This document shows positions 34,268 to 46,200 of a stretch of DNA of 64,000 nucleotides, in pieces. Source of the DNA: Yuukianura sp. NJ FZ-2021 (taxonomy: Eukaryota); contig CM102290.1 of NCBI GenBank assembly GCA_046563655.1, positions 3,472,001 through 3,536,000 of the forward strand, in the 5' to 3' direction. How positions within the stretch are numbered: position 1 is the first letter of the stretch; each line of letters opens with the position of its first letter. The notes below the pieces were generated by a model. It did no database searches. It was given only the letters and a program-made list of their open reading frames with translations, and was not told the DNA's origin. The position numbers and the translations under genes were made by a program.

Positions 34268-37200
34268 TTAGAGCCATCCAGAAGAAGCAGCCGCGCTTTT
34301 AATCGGTTGAACAATTCCTTGTAGTTTGGATCCTCCAACCGATACGGCATTGCTCGATTTGATGGACTTCGGTGGTAGCGGGGACGAATTGGACGTGACC
34401 GAACTGGACACAAGCTCGTCTTCGACTTCGACACAGACATGTTCTGGAGTCTTGCTAATCCTTTCTTGGAATGGTAAAACGTTAACAGTACTTCTAGCTT
34501 TATCCACATTGGCTGATTTTTGTGCACTTTCTGCCAAGAGCGCTGCCGAAGTAATTGCAAAAATTGAATTTCCAGCTGACGTAGATGGAAGATTGGTCGA
34601 GGCCGACGGTGGTGTGGCACTTCCCTCTCTAGAAGGAGCACTTGAAGTTCGCTTGACCTTGACCTCTTCAAATGATCCCTCTTCGGATCGGTCCCCAGCG
34701 TCAAGACTTTGACTAATACCGACTGCAACTGGGGCACTCCCATCACGAAACCGAAATCGCGCCAAATGTATTGACAGTGGCATAGGGACTCCGCTGATTG
34801 GTCGACTGCGAGCAAACCCTTCTCGTTTCTTTCTGCCGATTGTACTCGTGCCAGCACGATTGGAGCTGGAAACGGAAGTGCTGTTTGAGACAAAATGAGC
34901 CAAAAATGTTGTTTGACATTAGCTTCAACGTCAAACGTGCAATTTCCTTACGTTGGATCTGTCGTTTGATGATGAAATTTCTTTTTCCGCATGCTCCCCT
35001 TACTATGGTTGGAACATACAGAGTCTTCTGATCTAGAACGTCCTACGAGCTTGGACATGCCAGCATTCTTGGCAGCTTCAATGATTGTTCCCCATTTCCT
35101 TTTGGACATTTCCCGTTTGGCCCCGGCCATTCGAGCCAGACGAGCTAGTTTTGTCTAGAGGATCACACTACATTGTTAGTAACTTCGATACCATTATAGG
35201 TGACTTATGCTATGTGTAGTGTCATTGACCTTTGGCGACCGTTTGTCAAAGTGGACGGCGTCAAGATCCGGGTCAGCTTCCACGTCAACAGCTTCACAGA
35301 AGAGAGAAGTGGAGTAGGACGGCGGCGCGGCAGTGGAAATGTTGAAGCCCTTCATCAGGCGTCGTTCTCGTTGCCGATTCTTCTTCCCCCCAGAACCTGC
35401 AGATTACCGGATTCTCAGGGAGGTCAAATGTCAAAGGTCAAGCTTACTATTACGTACAACCAAGGTTCCTTGACAACGAAAAGTTAATTTTCTTTAACAG
35501 GTTGGGTACTACCTCTCATGTTGACTAAAAAAAAGAAAACAAAAAAACTAGTACCAATCCGAAAAATTGGTAGCAATTCGTATGCAAAATTTTAAAAAAT
35601 TTGACTTATTGTTATGACTATGATGCACCGAAATGAAGAGATACTTTTTCTTGCAAAATTGAAAAAACATGAGGTATTATCCAACGTGTTAAAGGAAATC
35701 AAAAGTCAGCAAACCTTGCGTGCAACTTGGGTTATGCTATGACATAGATGTCCACTTTACCCATTCCTAGACCTTCAGGATCCTTGACCTTGAGCCCAGA
35801 GTCTCTCAAGACGTCCATCAATTCACACCGGAAAGCTGAAATGTCTTGTTTGATTTCATTTACGTCGTCTTCAGTGACGCCCTGATTGTCAGCTTGTCGC
35901 TGCTCTGAAGTCACATAGCGTCTTACCAAATTTCGCATGATGTTCTGTTAAAAAAAACAAACCCTCAATAATTGAAATTTTGATTGTTTTTTCAAAAATT
36001 TCTAAAGTCCCAAATAGGACGTTCCTGTAGATTCTAAATTAAGACACGACTTGCCTGATATCTAAAATCCCTTTCGCTCTGCTGAATGACTTTTCTCTAA
36101 AATAGAAAGAAAAGAAAATCCAAAGTGATTTTTTATTCAAAATTTAAAAAAAAAACATAGATTCTCGAAGTTCTAAAGCACTTTGACCTCACCCGAATCG
36201 TTCTAATGTGTTCCCGTTTTGCGGCAGTTGAGAAGCGACATACTTTCTTGAATATCCATCTGAAGATGTAGCATATGGTTTTTGGTGTAGGAATGATATT
36301 AAATGGCGGTGGAACAGTTCCACCTAAACTTTCCAAAAAAAAGTAAAAGTCAAAAAGCTTTTTTTCAAACTCGGGAATGTATGAGAAGTAAGATTTTGTT
36401 AAAATTCGGAACTCGCCTTCTTCGAAGTAGCTAATCCATAATTTACTTCTTGCGAATTTCCACTCCACATCTGCCTTTTCCTAAATGATCCAAATAAACA
36501 TCAAAATAGACACATTCTGGCTGCCTCTCCGTGTGTCCAAAACAGTCGTAAAACTTCAACTCAATTTTCTGCTTTTAAAAAATTCAAGCATATGCAACAG
36601 GGGAATGCAAACTGTCAATTCATTGGAACAGGAAACTAGATGTTAAAAGTGTAGTAAAAACGTAAACGGTTTATGACAGATTCTGCGCAGAAGCGGAAAC
36701 TTGGAGTGTATGGCGTCGTATGGCATCTGACGACAACGTGTCTATTTCTTTCCAAAAGATTTCGAGATTTCCAACTTCCAGACGCCTTGGCACCTTGCAA
36801 TGCGCTTTTGAGGCTAAAATCTGCGTCTGTGCAGACTCACTTACGAAAATCAGTTGGTACGAGTGATTCATCATGGCAATGAGGAGGTTGAGTAGCACGA
36901 CGATATTGATGACCGAGAAACACCCGAACATCAGTAGGCCCCAAAACCTTGTAAAACTTTTGATTCCAGCGAGTTCAAAACTTTCGAGCTCAATGAGGCC
37001 AAAAACGGCCCAAAAAAGCTAAACAAATTCAAATGCACAAAAAATTTTAACAAAATTTTGAGATCCAACATTTTCATATGTTATTTTTATACTAAAAGAA
37101 ATTCTCACCGATTGCGATCCTTCAAAGAGACTAAAAATCAAAAGAGAAATCAACTATTTCATCGTTTTTCGTTCATGATCAATTCATCATTTTTTCTTGT

Positions 37201-40200
37201 TTTGTAATTTTTTTTAAGAAATTCAAAAATTTACTTTGAAAATCTTCTTGCCAAGTAGCAACTATCTGGGTCACGTTCATTTATATCTGAACTGATGTTC
37301 CCCATGCTGCTCTGTCTCTCGTGTCGAAGGCCATCGCATCTCCTCTTTTCCAAATCCGCATAGTACCACAGTAATTGATTCATACCTATAATTAAAAAGT
37401 TATTCTTAGCATCTCCCAATTAGTCAAATTTCCACTTTTCACGCTACAGATTTCAATTAGTTCCAAATAGTCCCATTTTTTTAAAGCAACAACCACAAAA
37501 CTACCCAATTTCAGTATCACCTAAAATTTGTGCCACTGTCAACACTACTCTTCTAAAACATATGGAGAAAGGAGGTCATTGAGGTCATTCCAGAACTTGG
37601 ACACCCTTTGAAGCAATTTCTTCAGCCCCATTCCCGGCGTCACTTCAAAGACTTTTCTAACGTAACTGCCCATCCTGTACAAAGACTAAAGTAAATTGGG
37701 GGTGGGAGAAAGTTAGGTTAGTTTAGGCTGAAAATAGGGGCGGTGGGTGGCATTTAAGCAAAGAGCACTTTGTTTTCTATCGGTCCTATTTTCAATTATT
37801 CATGAAAATGAATGGAAAGTTCCGTGTAGCGTTTCACTTTAATGAAAATGGCGGTTTCCTCTTTCGAAATCACTTTTCAGTGGTGGGTGAGACATTCAGT
37901 GGTTCAAGTCTGGACACTCAACACAAATGTACCTTTAGATAGTAATGGGTTCCAGGTCAATTCGTAAGCTCAAATTCGTAAACAGTCAATTCGTAAGCTC
38001 AATTTCGTAAGCCGACAATTCGTAAGCACAGTCAATTCGTAAGCATGGTCAATTCGTAAGCAGCCCAATTCGTAAGCAGTGCTTTCGTAAGCCTTGTTAA
38101 ACCTATTTCAATTTCAAAATTTTGAAGAAAAAATAGCCTAACCTAACCTAACCTAACATAGCATAATCTAAATTTAATTGAAAGCTTAAAAACCTAACCT
38201 TGCAGAACGGAAACACAACCTTCCAGAAAGATTTGCTTACGAATGGAGCATGCTTACGAATTGACCGTGCTTACGAATTTGCCATGCTTACGAATTTTCT
38301 GCTTACGAATTGTCCATGCTTACGAATTGACTGTGTTTAGGAATTGGTCTGCTTCGATAGTAATGACCTTGACATTTTGGCAGTTTTTGGTCACTTGTGC
38401 AATGTCAACTTAAATTAGGCGTCGGGGTATACGGGGGCGGAGGATTTAAAACGAAAAGGCTGTGAACTAATGAAAGTGAAAGTGAGCGTCAGGGGGACCC
38501 TTTTGAAGTGGGAACTAATAAGATCAAACCACTTCCAATTCCTTTCTCATCTCAAAAACAAACAAAAGACATTTCATAATGAAAATCAAGAAGATCTTAA
38601 TAAATCATGCAAAAGGTTCAAAAAAAGTTGAACTTTGTCTAGAAAATTTAGAATTATTTTTGAAAAATTTATGACAACTCAAAAGCTTCTTGTTTTTTTT
38701 TTGTACCTTTTTAAGCTTCCTGGCTTAAAACTTCTCATTTTCCACAATTCATAAATTTAAGATCAAAGACAAATGTGTCATGGGGCATGAAAAAATTCAC
38801 AAGTTTTAAAAGTTCCAGTCGGTTCCCGCATTTTTGTTGTGTGTAGTGTACTTAGCGCCTGTTTTATAAGAAAAAATGTTAACAAGGCTCGTTTTTCTTT
38901 GTCAGCTTAGCTACTACCACAGTGAGGCTAAAAACTTTCGAGTAAAAGTTTAGTTTATGTTAGGTCAGGCGAGAACAATTAGCCGCCAATTTTTAAAAAT
39001 TTCTTACCACAAGAGAAGGCAAATAGGACGAGGATGTAGAGGAAGAAAAACTTCATAATATCCATCACCATTCGACCCAAAGAAATTTGCAGAGGGCCCA
39101 AATATGGATTCACAGAAAAGATGTACACAAGTTTAAGAGAACTGTCAAACAATACATACAAAAGTTAGGCCAAGTCTCCATTGTTCATCAACCAGTGTAA
39201 GCTTATTGGGCCTTCCAGGAAATGTACCGTCTGGTTCAACATTTTGAGTTACTTTCTCTTTTACTTTCTAAAAATCCTGATTCCTTTTCTGTACCAGATC
39301 ATTTTGAACCAGCCGGTACACTCCGGGCATTTGTGGAATTCGCTTGGTAAATGGAGGCTGAGATGACTTCATCTTGTCGCGTCGTCGTCATTTTGACTTG
39401 TGTTATCTTCTATGATTGAGCATTTGAACCTTCCAGTTGGAGACAGCAAAAGACTAAAGAATTGGCCTCAAATCTCCCCTCATAAACCCATCTATCATTT
39501 GTCATTGTCTCCCGCTGTTTTCATTGTGACAAAAAAACTCAAACGAAAAATACCAAAAAAGGAGGTCAAGCATCGCTTTCATGTTTTCAAAATTTTGGTT
39601 TTTGACTATATGCTGATTGGTCTCGACTCATTTAGTAGAACTGAGTGTCAAATTATTCATTGGAGAAAGTACTACTTGAAAATGGAGTCATAAGCGACAT
39701 GTCCCAAATTCTTCCTCAAAAATCGAGAGAAAGTCAAGGGGAGAAAAGCATATGGAGAGTTTATGTGGTTCCTATTTTTATGAAAGTCATCACTCTTCCT
39801 ACTCCTTCTCTTCCCCATCAACTATACATTTAATTCCCGCTTTTTAACGCCTTTTCCACGAGGTCAATGACCTTCATAAAACTACTAAAAATTTCATTAA
39901 AAAAATGAAACCTGAACAAACAAAATTTGAAGCGCTACGTTTCCCACGTTTTAGATTAAACGAGAAATCGGAAAATTTGTTACTTCGCGGCAAGGTTACT
40001 AAAAAAATTGTAAGTCCCGGCGGGGGTACAAGGCTACTGAAGGAAGGGCCCTTGAAACAGAAAGTCAGTTGACGAACCTGAAGATGTTGGCAGCAGCAAA
40101 GAGCCCTTCGGCAATGAGCATAGGGTCCCATGTGTGCCAATCAACTCTAGGCAAGTCCTCTATGGCCCCTTGCTCCTTTTCCTTTTGAACCTAGAGAAAT

Positions 40201-43200
40201 ACAAAGAGGTCACGACGAGGTCAAAGGTCACTGAGCCTCAACTTACCTGGTAGTGGGCAACCACTCTGAGGCAGATTGTGGCGACATAGAGGGAGTTGGT
40301 GACGAAGTCGAGGATGTTCCACATGTCACCCACGTACTCCTGCAGTCCCACGTCCCAGAGCTGCTTGATTTCGCTCCAGATCAACCCTGCAAAGACCAGA
40401 ACCAACAACCCATTTTTATCACTCTCTTCGGGATTTTATGGAGGAAGGCTATAGGTTAGGCAGCCTAACCTAAACTATACTAGTCGGATCCATCCAGGGC
40501 ATTCCAGCGTCCTCTAATTTATATCTCTAGAAATGGACACCTCCCACAGTGCTAATTTGGAAAAGAACCGGGCAATAAACTCAACAAAATTGATTCAGTG
40601 GCCCACCTTCCTTTTACGGCCCACAGAGTAACGCAAACTCACTTTACTTTCAACACAAAACGTGTTAAAGTTACTTTGAAAACGATTTTTTGTTAAAGTA
40701 AAGCGATTTTGTTCAAAATTTTGCTTCATAAAAACCATTTACCGCAGAATTTGAGTCAGTTTTAGTTTCAGTTTTGTTAATAAATTCCTGCCACTTGAAT
40801 TGATGTTAGACCTCAAGTGGCGGTGGTTCAGGTGCTTAATCTGAAAGTTCGTGATTGAAGTGGAGTGAAAGCACAGAGAAAAGTGGGTTAGGTGAAAACT
40901 TTAGTCTTTTGAGTCTTACCTGTCACCCAAGCGAGGATGAACCACTCTACGAAGGATGGTGGAGCTCCTCTTTTGGTAGTAACGTCTGTTGAAACCCATT
41001 TAGACAGACTATCAGACCCTAGCCACTGCACCACAAACGCCTCAAATCGCTGACTCGCCAGTATCAATAAAACTGTCAAAAAAAAAACAATTACAATTTT
41101 AAATTTTCAGTTTTTCTTTGTTCCAACTTTTGATGTCATTTGTGATCGAAAAGAAATGAACAATAGACGCCTTCTGGGAAAGTTTTTTGGAGTTTTAAAA
41201 GCAGACAAAATTTTAAACAAAGGTATAGAAGCGTGCCTGGCTGCTTTTCAAAAAGTCAATGTCAATGCAACTGTCCAAAAAGCGTGACAGGAAGAGTATA
41301 AAAAGCTGCTTAGATTGTTTAAAAAAGAGCGTTTTGATTTGAAAAAGTAAAATTTTCGATTTCCGTTTTTGGAGAAAGAAGTGAAAGTGAAAGTCACTGT
41401 CTTTGAACACGTTCAGGAGGAAGTCGTTTTCATCGAATTACAAGAAAAAATGGCAAGAAGCAGTCAAGTTCAAATTGTGAAGTTTATCTTGGCCAAAGGT
41501 CCAACTGTACAGTATGTAGTAAGCGTAATATATTTGAAATTTCCCGCTGCTCTTCTCCCAAAGTAAGTCCCGCTTCCGCCAAAAACTCAAACCTCATCTT
41601 TTCCTTTTTCCCAAAAAAAAAAATCATTTTCCTTATTCGCTTAAAAGTCTATCAGCATACTCAATGCCTCACTGAGTTTTTTTTTATAGAATTCAATGCA
41701 ACTTGAAAAAAAAACTCAAAAAGAAATATTATTTTGAGCTCCCCCGCCCTCATTTTGAAACTGGAGGATACTCTCAAGAAAAGAAAGTCAATATAGGGTA
41801 TACGTCCACTTTGGAAAATTATCAAAAAAGTGGGATGATTCTGTCATAAGCCTTATTCTGTTCTTTACGTTGTGTATTCAGCTCAAGTACAATGGAAACC
41901 CCCTGATCGTGATCGTTAGGCTGACGAGTGGAAGCAAACTGACAAGGGGAAAGAGCGTCTAGGGAATGATGACCTCAAGGAGAATGGGAAATTGGCTTCA
42001 TGTGCCCATCACTCTATTCCTTTATCACCATCTAATAGTAAAAGGAAAGTGAAAATACACATGACAAAGGAAAGTCCTTGACCCGATCTTAAGTGTAAGT
42101 CCTACAGCCTACCAAATTTAAATTTTCAATGTTATTTGAACTCTCCAAATCAATTTTAAGGTTCTTCCAAAATTTCAATTCCAAAAACTCGGAAATTGAC
42201 AAAACTGAAATTTGTCCAAACTGGAAAAATTTCTGTCTTGCTTAAATTCGCTTTACAAGATGAAACTTCTTTTCAACTTTTTTCCACTTTCTCTCTCCTG
42301 AATTTTCCAAAAAACTGAAAACTGTCAACGTGTATGATTTCAAAAAGATACAGAATTCAGATTTTTTTTCTAAAAAGTGCTTACAGAGAAAGGTAAAGTA
42401 GGAGGCGGAATGGCATATGAATTTGATGAAGGGTTTCCTCATGGTCTGTCCCATGCTGGACTTTGGTGCAATGATGTAGCAGAGTGAAAAGAGCGGGAAC
42501 ATGAGGCCAATTCGAATGACTTCCAGAGCCTGCAGAAGCATGTTTTTCCTTCTGAATCCAGGCAGTCCTTCGTACCAGATGGAAGCCAGTAGTTGTTGTA
42601 CATTAGGATGAGCCACAAACTGAAACAAAAAAGAAGAACAAGATCTTGAACATCAGTAAGAAGAAGATGTAAAGAAAACAATCAAACACGGGTGAGGACG
42701 AGGAGGATGCGTTGTTTGCCTTAGTGGAGCAAACTTTTAACCCTAACATATAGAAAACCTAACTTAACCACTGTTCCCTTTCACTTACTTTCTTCTGACG
42801 AAACTTGATGGCCAGTTTGAGTCTGTTGAGATGCATTCGTTCCCCGTGCTCAAATGCTGGTCCAGTAGGATCATGATTCAGGAGAACTTCCAATTCGTAA
42901 GATCCACGCGTGTGATCCAAAAGAGCTGTCGCAAAACAATCCATTCGCCCTTTGATGTCCTAAAAAAAAGAAAATCCAAGTTTACTTCCTCGTTTTTACA
43001 AAAGAATAAAAGAAAAAGGCCGCGAAAACTTTCATTTCGGATGAATTCTAACAAATCCTGGCCTTCGTTTTTGCTTCCGTGGAGAAAGCAAATCTCTCAC
43101 GAATTTGATTGGATTTCTCAAACTCATCAAAAGCCTACTCAAATCTCAGCGGTTAAGATTTGAAATTAACTCATTCATTTTCACAAAATTGGAGTTGAGA

Positions 43201-46200
43201 CGTTTTTTGATGGGATGGTCGTGAGGTCGTTTCCTCAATTTTCTACAAAACTCAGCCTCTTTAGTTTTTAGCCTAATCTAGCCTAACCGCAGTAGGACTA
43301 ACCTAATCCTCTTCATAAAACATCACTACTAATAAAAAATAGTGGCAGTTTCTTGAGAATTTCAAATTCCACAAATAGTGAAAACAAATAAAATGTAGCA
43401 AGACAAAATTTTGAAAATGACGTTTCTCTTTTTAAGAAAAAAACGCTTTGGTTTGAAGTCGTATTTTGTTCAAATGTGCGCACTTCAAAGAAAACGTTAA
43501 GTGAAGCACAAGGATAAGATGATTAATGGGGAAGAACTTTCTTTTTCTATCTAACTCCAAATACTTGACTCCTTTTCACCGCCTTTCACTTTGTTTCAGT
43601 TCAGCATGAATAAAAAATTGGAAGTGAAACTTTGGAAATTTGTCCAAAAAAGTAAAAAGTGAAATGAAGGAGAAGATACTTGGTCAAAAGTCTTTTGTCT
43701 TTCAAACATCTACAAAAATAGTAGAAAAACTTTCAATTTTTTTTTGTAAACTTTTGCAATTTTTGTATAGTGCCATAGGCTCACGTAAAAAAAAACGTGC
43801 AAGTTAAGATAAAGATTGAATCTATGAAAATGTTGAGGGCTGTGGCTGTGACCTCCCGTGACCTCTAAAGTTATTCTCCAAACTGAACGTACATTTGCAC
43901 ATGCCAATGATTTTCATCTCTTTTTTAATTTTTTTAGAATTCATGTAATCCCGGATGCTGAGTAGGATTTCCAACAACTTCATTTCCGTTTGTATGCCTG
44001 TAATGCATACATTTATGACAGATGCCCAACTCAGATTAAAGTTCTGCCCACATATGAAATTCTTTTGTTTTAAAAAGCTTCCAATTCCTTTAACCCGGAA
44101 ATTAATCTACATAATACAAAAACAAACATTTCAGTATTAAAAAATTTTTTTTTTAAATTTCGCTCCCAATTATCAATGACATTCGTAAAAGTTATTTTTG
44201 CATTCGTCCTAATGTTTTTCTTTGAAATTGGAAATGCTTTCTCCACATGTAATCTTGCTCTACGTGTCGACACGTCTACTTCAGAGGGCATGAAAAAAGA
44301 AAGTGGAAATTCTTGTTTCTAAATATTAGCCTTATAAATCCTTCTTCGACTTTCACTCAACCGTACTTTTTCCCCGATCGACCTACTTGTACTACTTTTT
44401 TGGCGGGAAAAGTCAAATTTAAGAAGGCAAGTTTAGAAGATTCTAAAATAATTTTTCCACCTGATTTCTTTTAGGCAAACACTCGCCTAAAAAAACTTTT
44501 TCTCTGTACTGCTACAAAGTTTTTCCAAAGTTTTTCGGTTTCTTTTTTGAGGATACGCGGGAAAAGCGAAACTGATTTAACTACTAGTTGTTTCTAATCC
44601 TATTTCCCACTTCTTTGAATTCAGAGTCTGATGAGCTCCGAGGAATTCCTTTTTGAAACTTTACGCCAAAAAGGGAAACAGTTTTCAATTTCCACGCCCC
44701 ACAAGATTTCCCGGGATAATTCAAGGTGGGTAAAAGGAGAGTTTGCGTTGAGTCTCTGGATAAATTGAAAAGTAAACAAAAAAGTCAGGATCCGCAAGAA
44801 AGAAATATATTTTGGCGGAATGTGACAAAAAAAAAGTAGGTATGGGGTGGAAATTTGAATTTAGAAAAGCGTTTCCTGCTGGAATTCTCTAGTGATTCCC
44901 ACTACTACTAAAGTTACAACCGTTAAAGTGAAAAATGTCACAGTTGAAATAAAGTACGAATTTTTAAAACCTTTAAGGTCATTTCTCACTTGCAGAAACT
45001 CTTTTACTTTTTCACATTGTCAACCGTTTTGAACGTACTTAACCGTTTTTTGGTATACGCATGAGCAAGGAAAACTCAAAATTTTAAACCAAACAAAATA
45101 AAAACATTCAATTTCCTGCTTTTCAACTTTTCAAGTCAAGTAAAAAATTATCAATTTCCCGCTTTTCAAATCAAGCAAAAGAGTTTTAAATCGGGTCAAA
45201 AATATCAATTTGCAGCCGGATTTCAAATTCAGGCGAGGGATTTGAACCAAAATTTTGAATTTGTAAGAAAAAACGTTCTTGTGTTCGGTTCTCCCAAGTC
45301 GGAGTGACTAGACCAGCAAGTACCATCGCGATGTACAAAATTTTGGCGCCGAGTTTAAATTTTTAAAATTCAACAAGCTTATCAACCTACCGTATACTCT
45401 GCTTTGAATTCATGTTCAGCGAAGAAGAGACGACGGAGTTCCCAGGAAAGTTCGAAAGCCGTTAGGATCGGATCTTTTGATGACAAAGCAATCAGCGACG
45501 GACTGGCCAGTGCCCGGTACGCATTGATCCGAGACCGGGAATGTCGCAGAGAGTCTTCTTGTCTTGAAGTGACGCACTCCTCACAGCCACAACTGCACAA
45601 AACGACATGTTGTTAAATTTAATACGCATGTCCTTGTCTCTACGACGCAACCTTCCCTAAGCGGCCCAATAACAGTTCAATTTGTAAAACAATCCAGAAA
45701 ATGTAAACAAAAAAACTCCCACCAGAGACCTTAACATCTTTATGGATTTTACATTTTACTAGACAACTTTAGAATTCAAAGCATTTTTGTTTTTTTTTGT
45801 ATTTTGTATTACTCTAGTACAACTTTCGATCCAAATCTGTTCCATTTTTTCAAAAGTTGCATCCGATACATCAACATCTTCTTTTCTATGAACTTCATTT
45901 TTTGCAGGAAAAACAAATAAAACCTTTCCAAAAAAAATTATTTTTTGTATAAAAAAAACAAAACCTTCAAAAATTCTAAAGTGATCAACAATTCGTTCCC
46001 GAAACGTTTTTTCTTTTTGTAAGAAAAGCCATACCGGGTAATGAAAAACTTAAATGTTTCTCGAAGTTGTGCATCAATCACTATGCTATTTTCTAATACA
46101 TCTCTTCATTCATATCAAATACAAAGGAAAACAAAACGGAAGCGTTTAGGTTATAAAAAAGTTAAGGGAAGTTCAAGTACTCTACGAAACCATCACCGGA

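Noticed and set aside
34326..34712. 128-aa plus-strand ORF antisense to the TRPgamma last exon
   Set aside because: TTG start, no splice or promoter support. Antisense shadow.
37950..38345. Short regularly spaced repeats resembling a CRISPR array
   Set aside because: Spacers are only 3-6 nt, the arrays are inverted, a TSD is present and the context is eukaryotic with no cas genes. It is a MITE.
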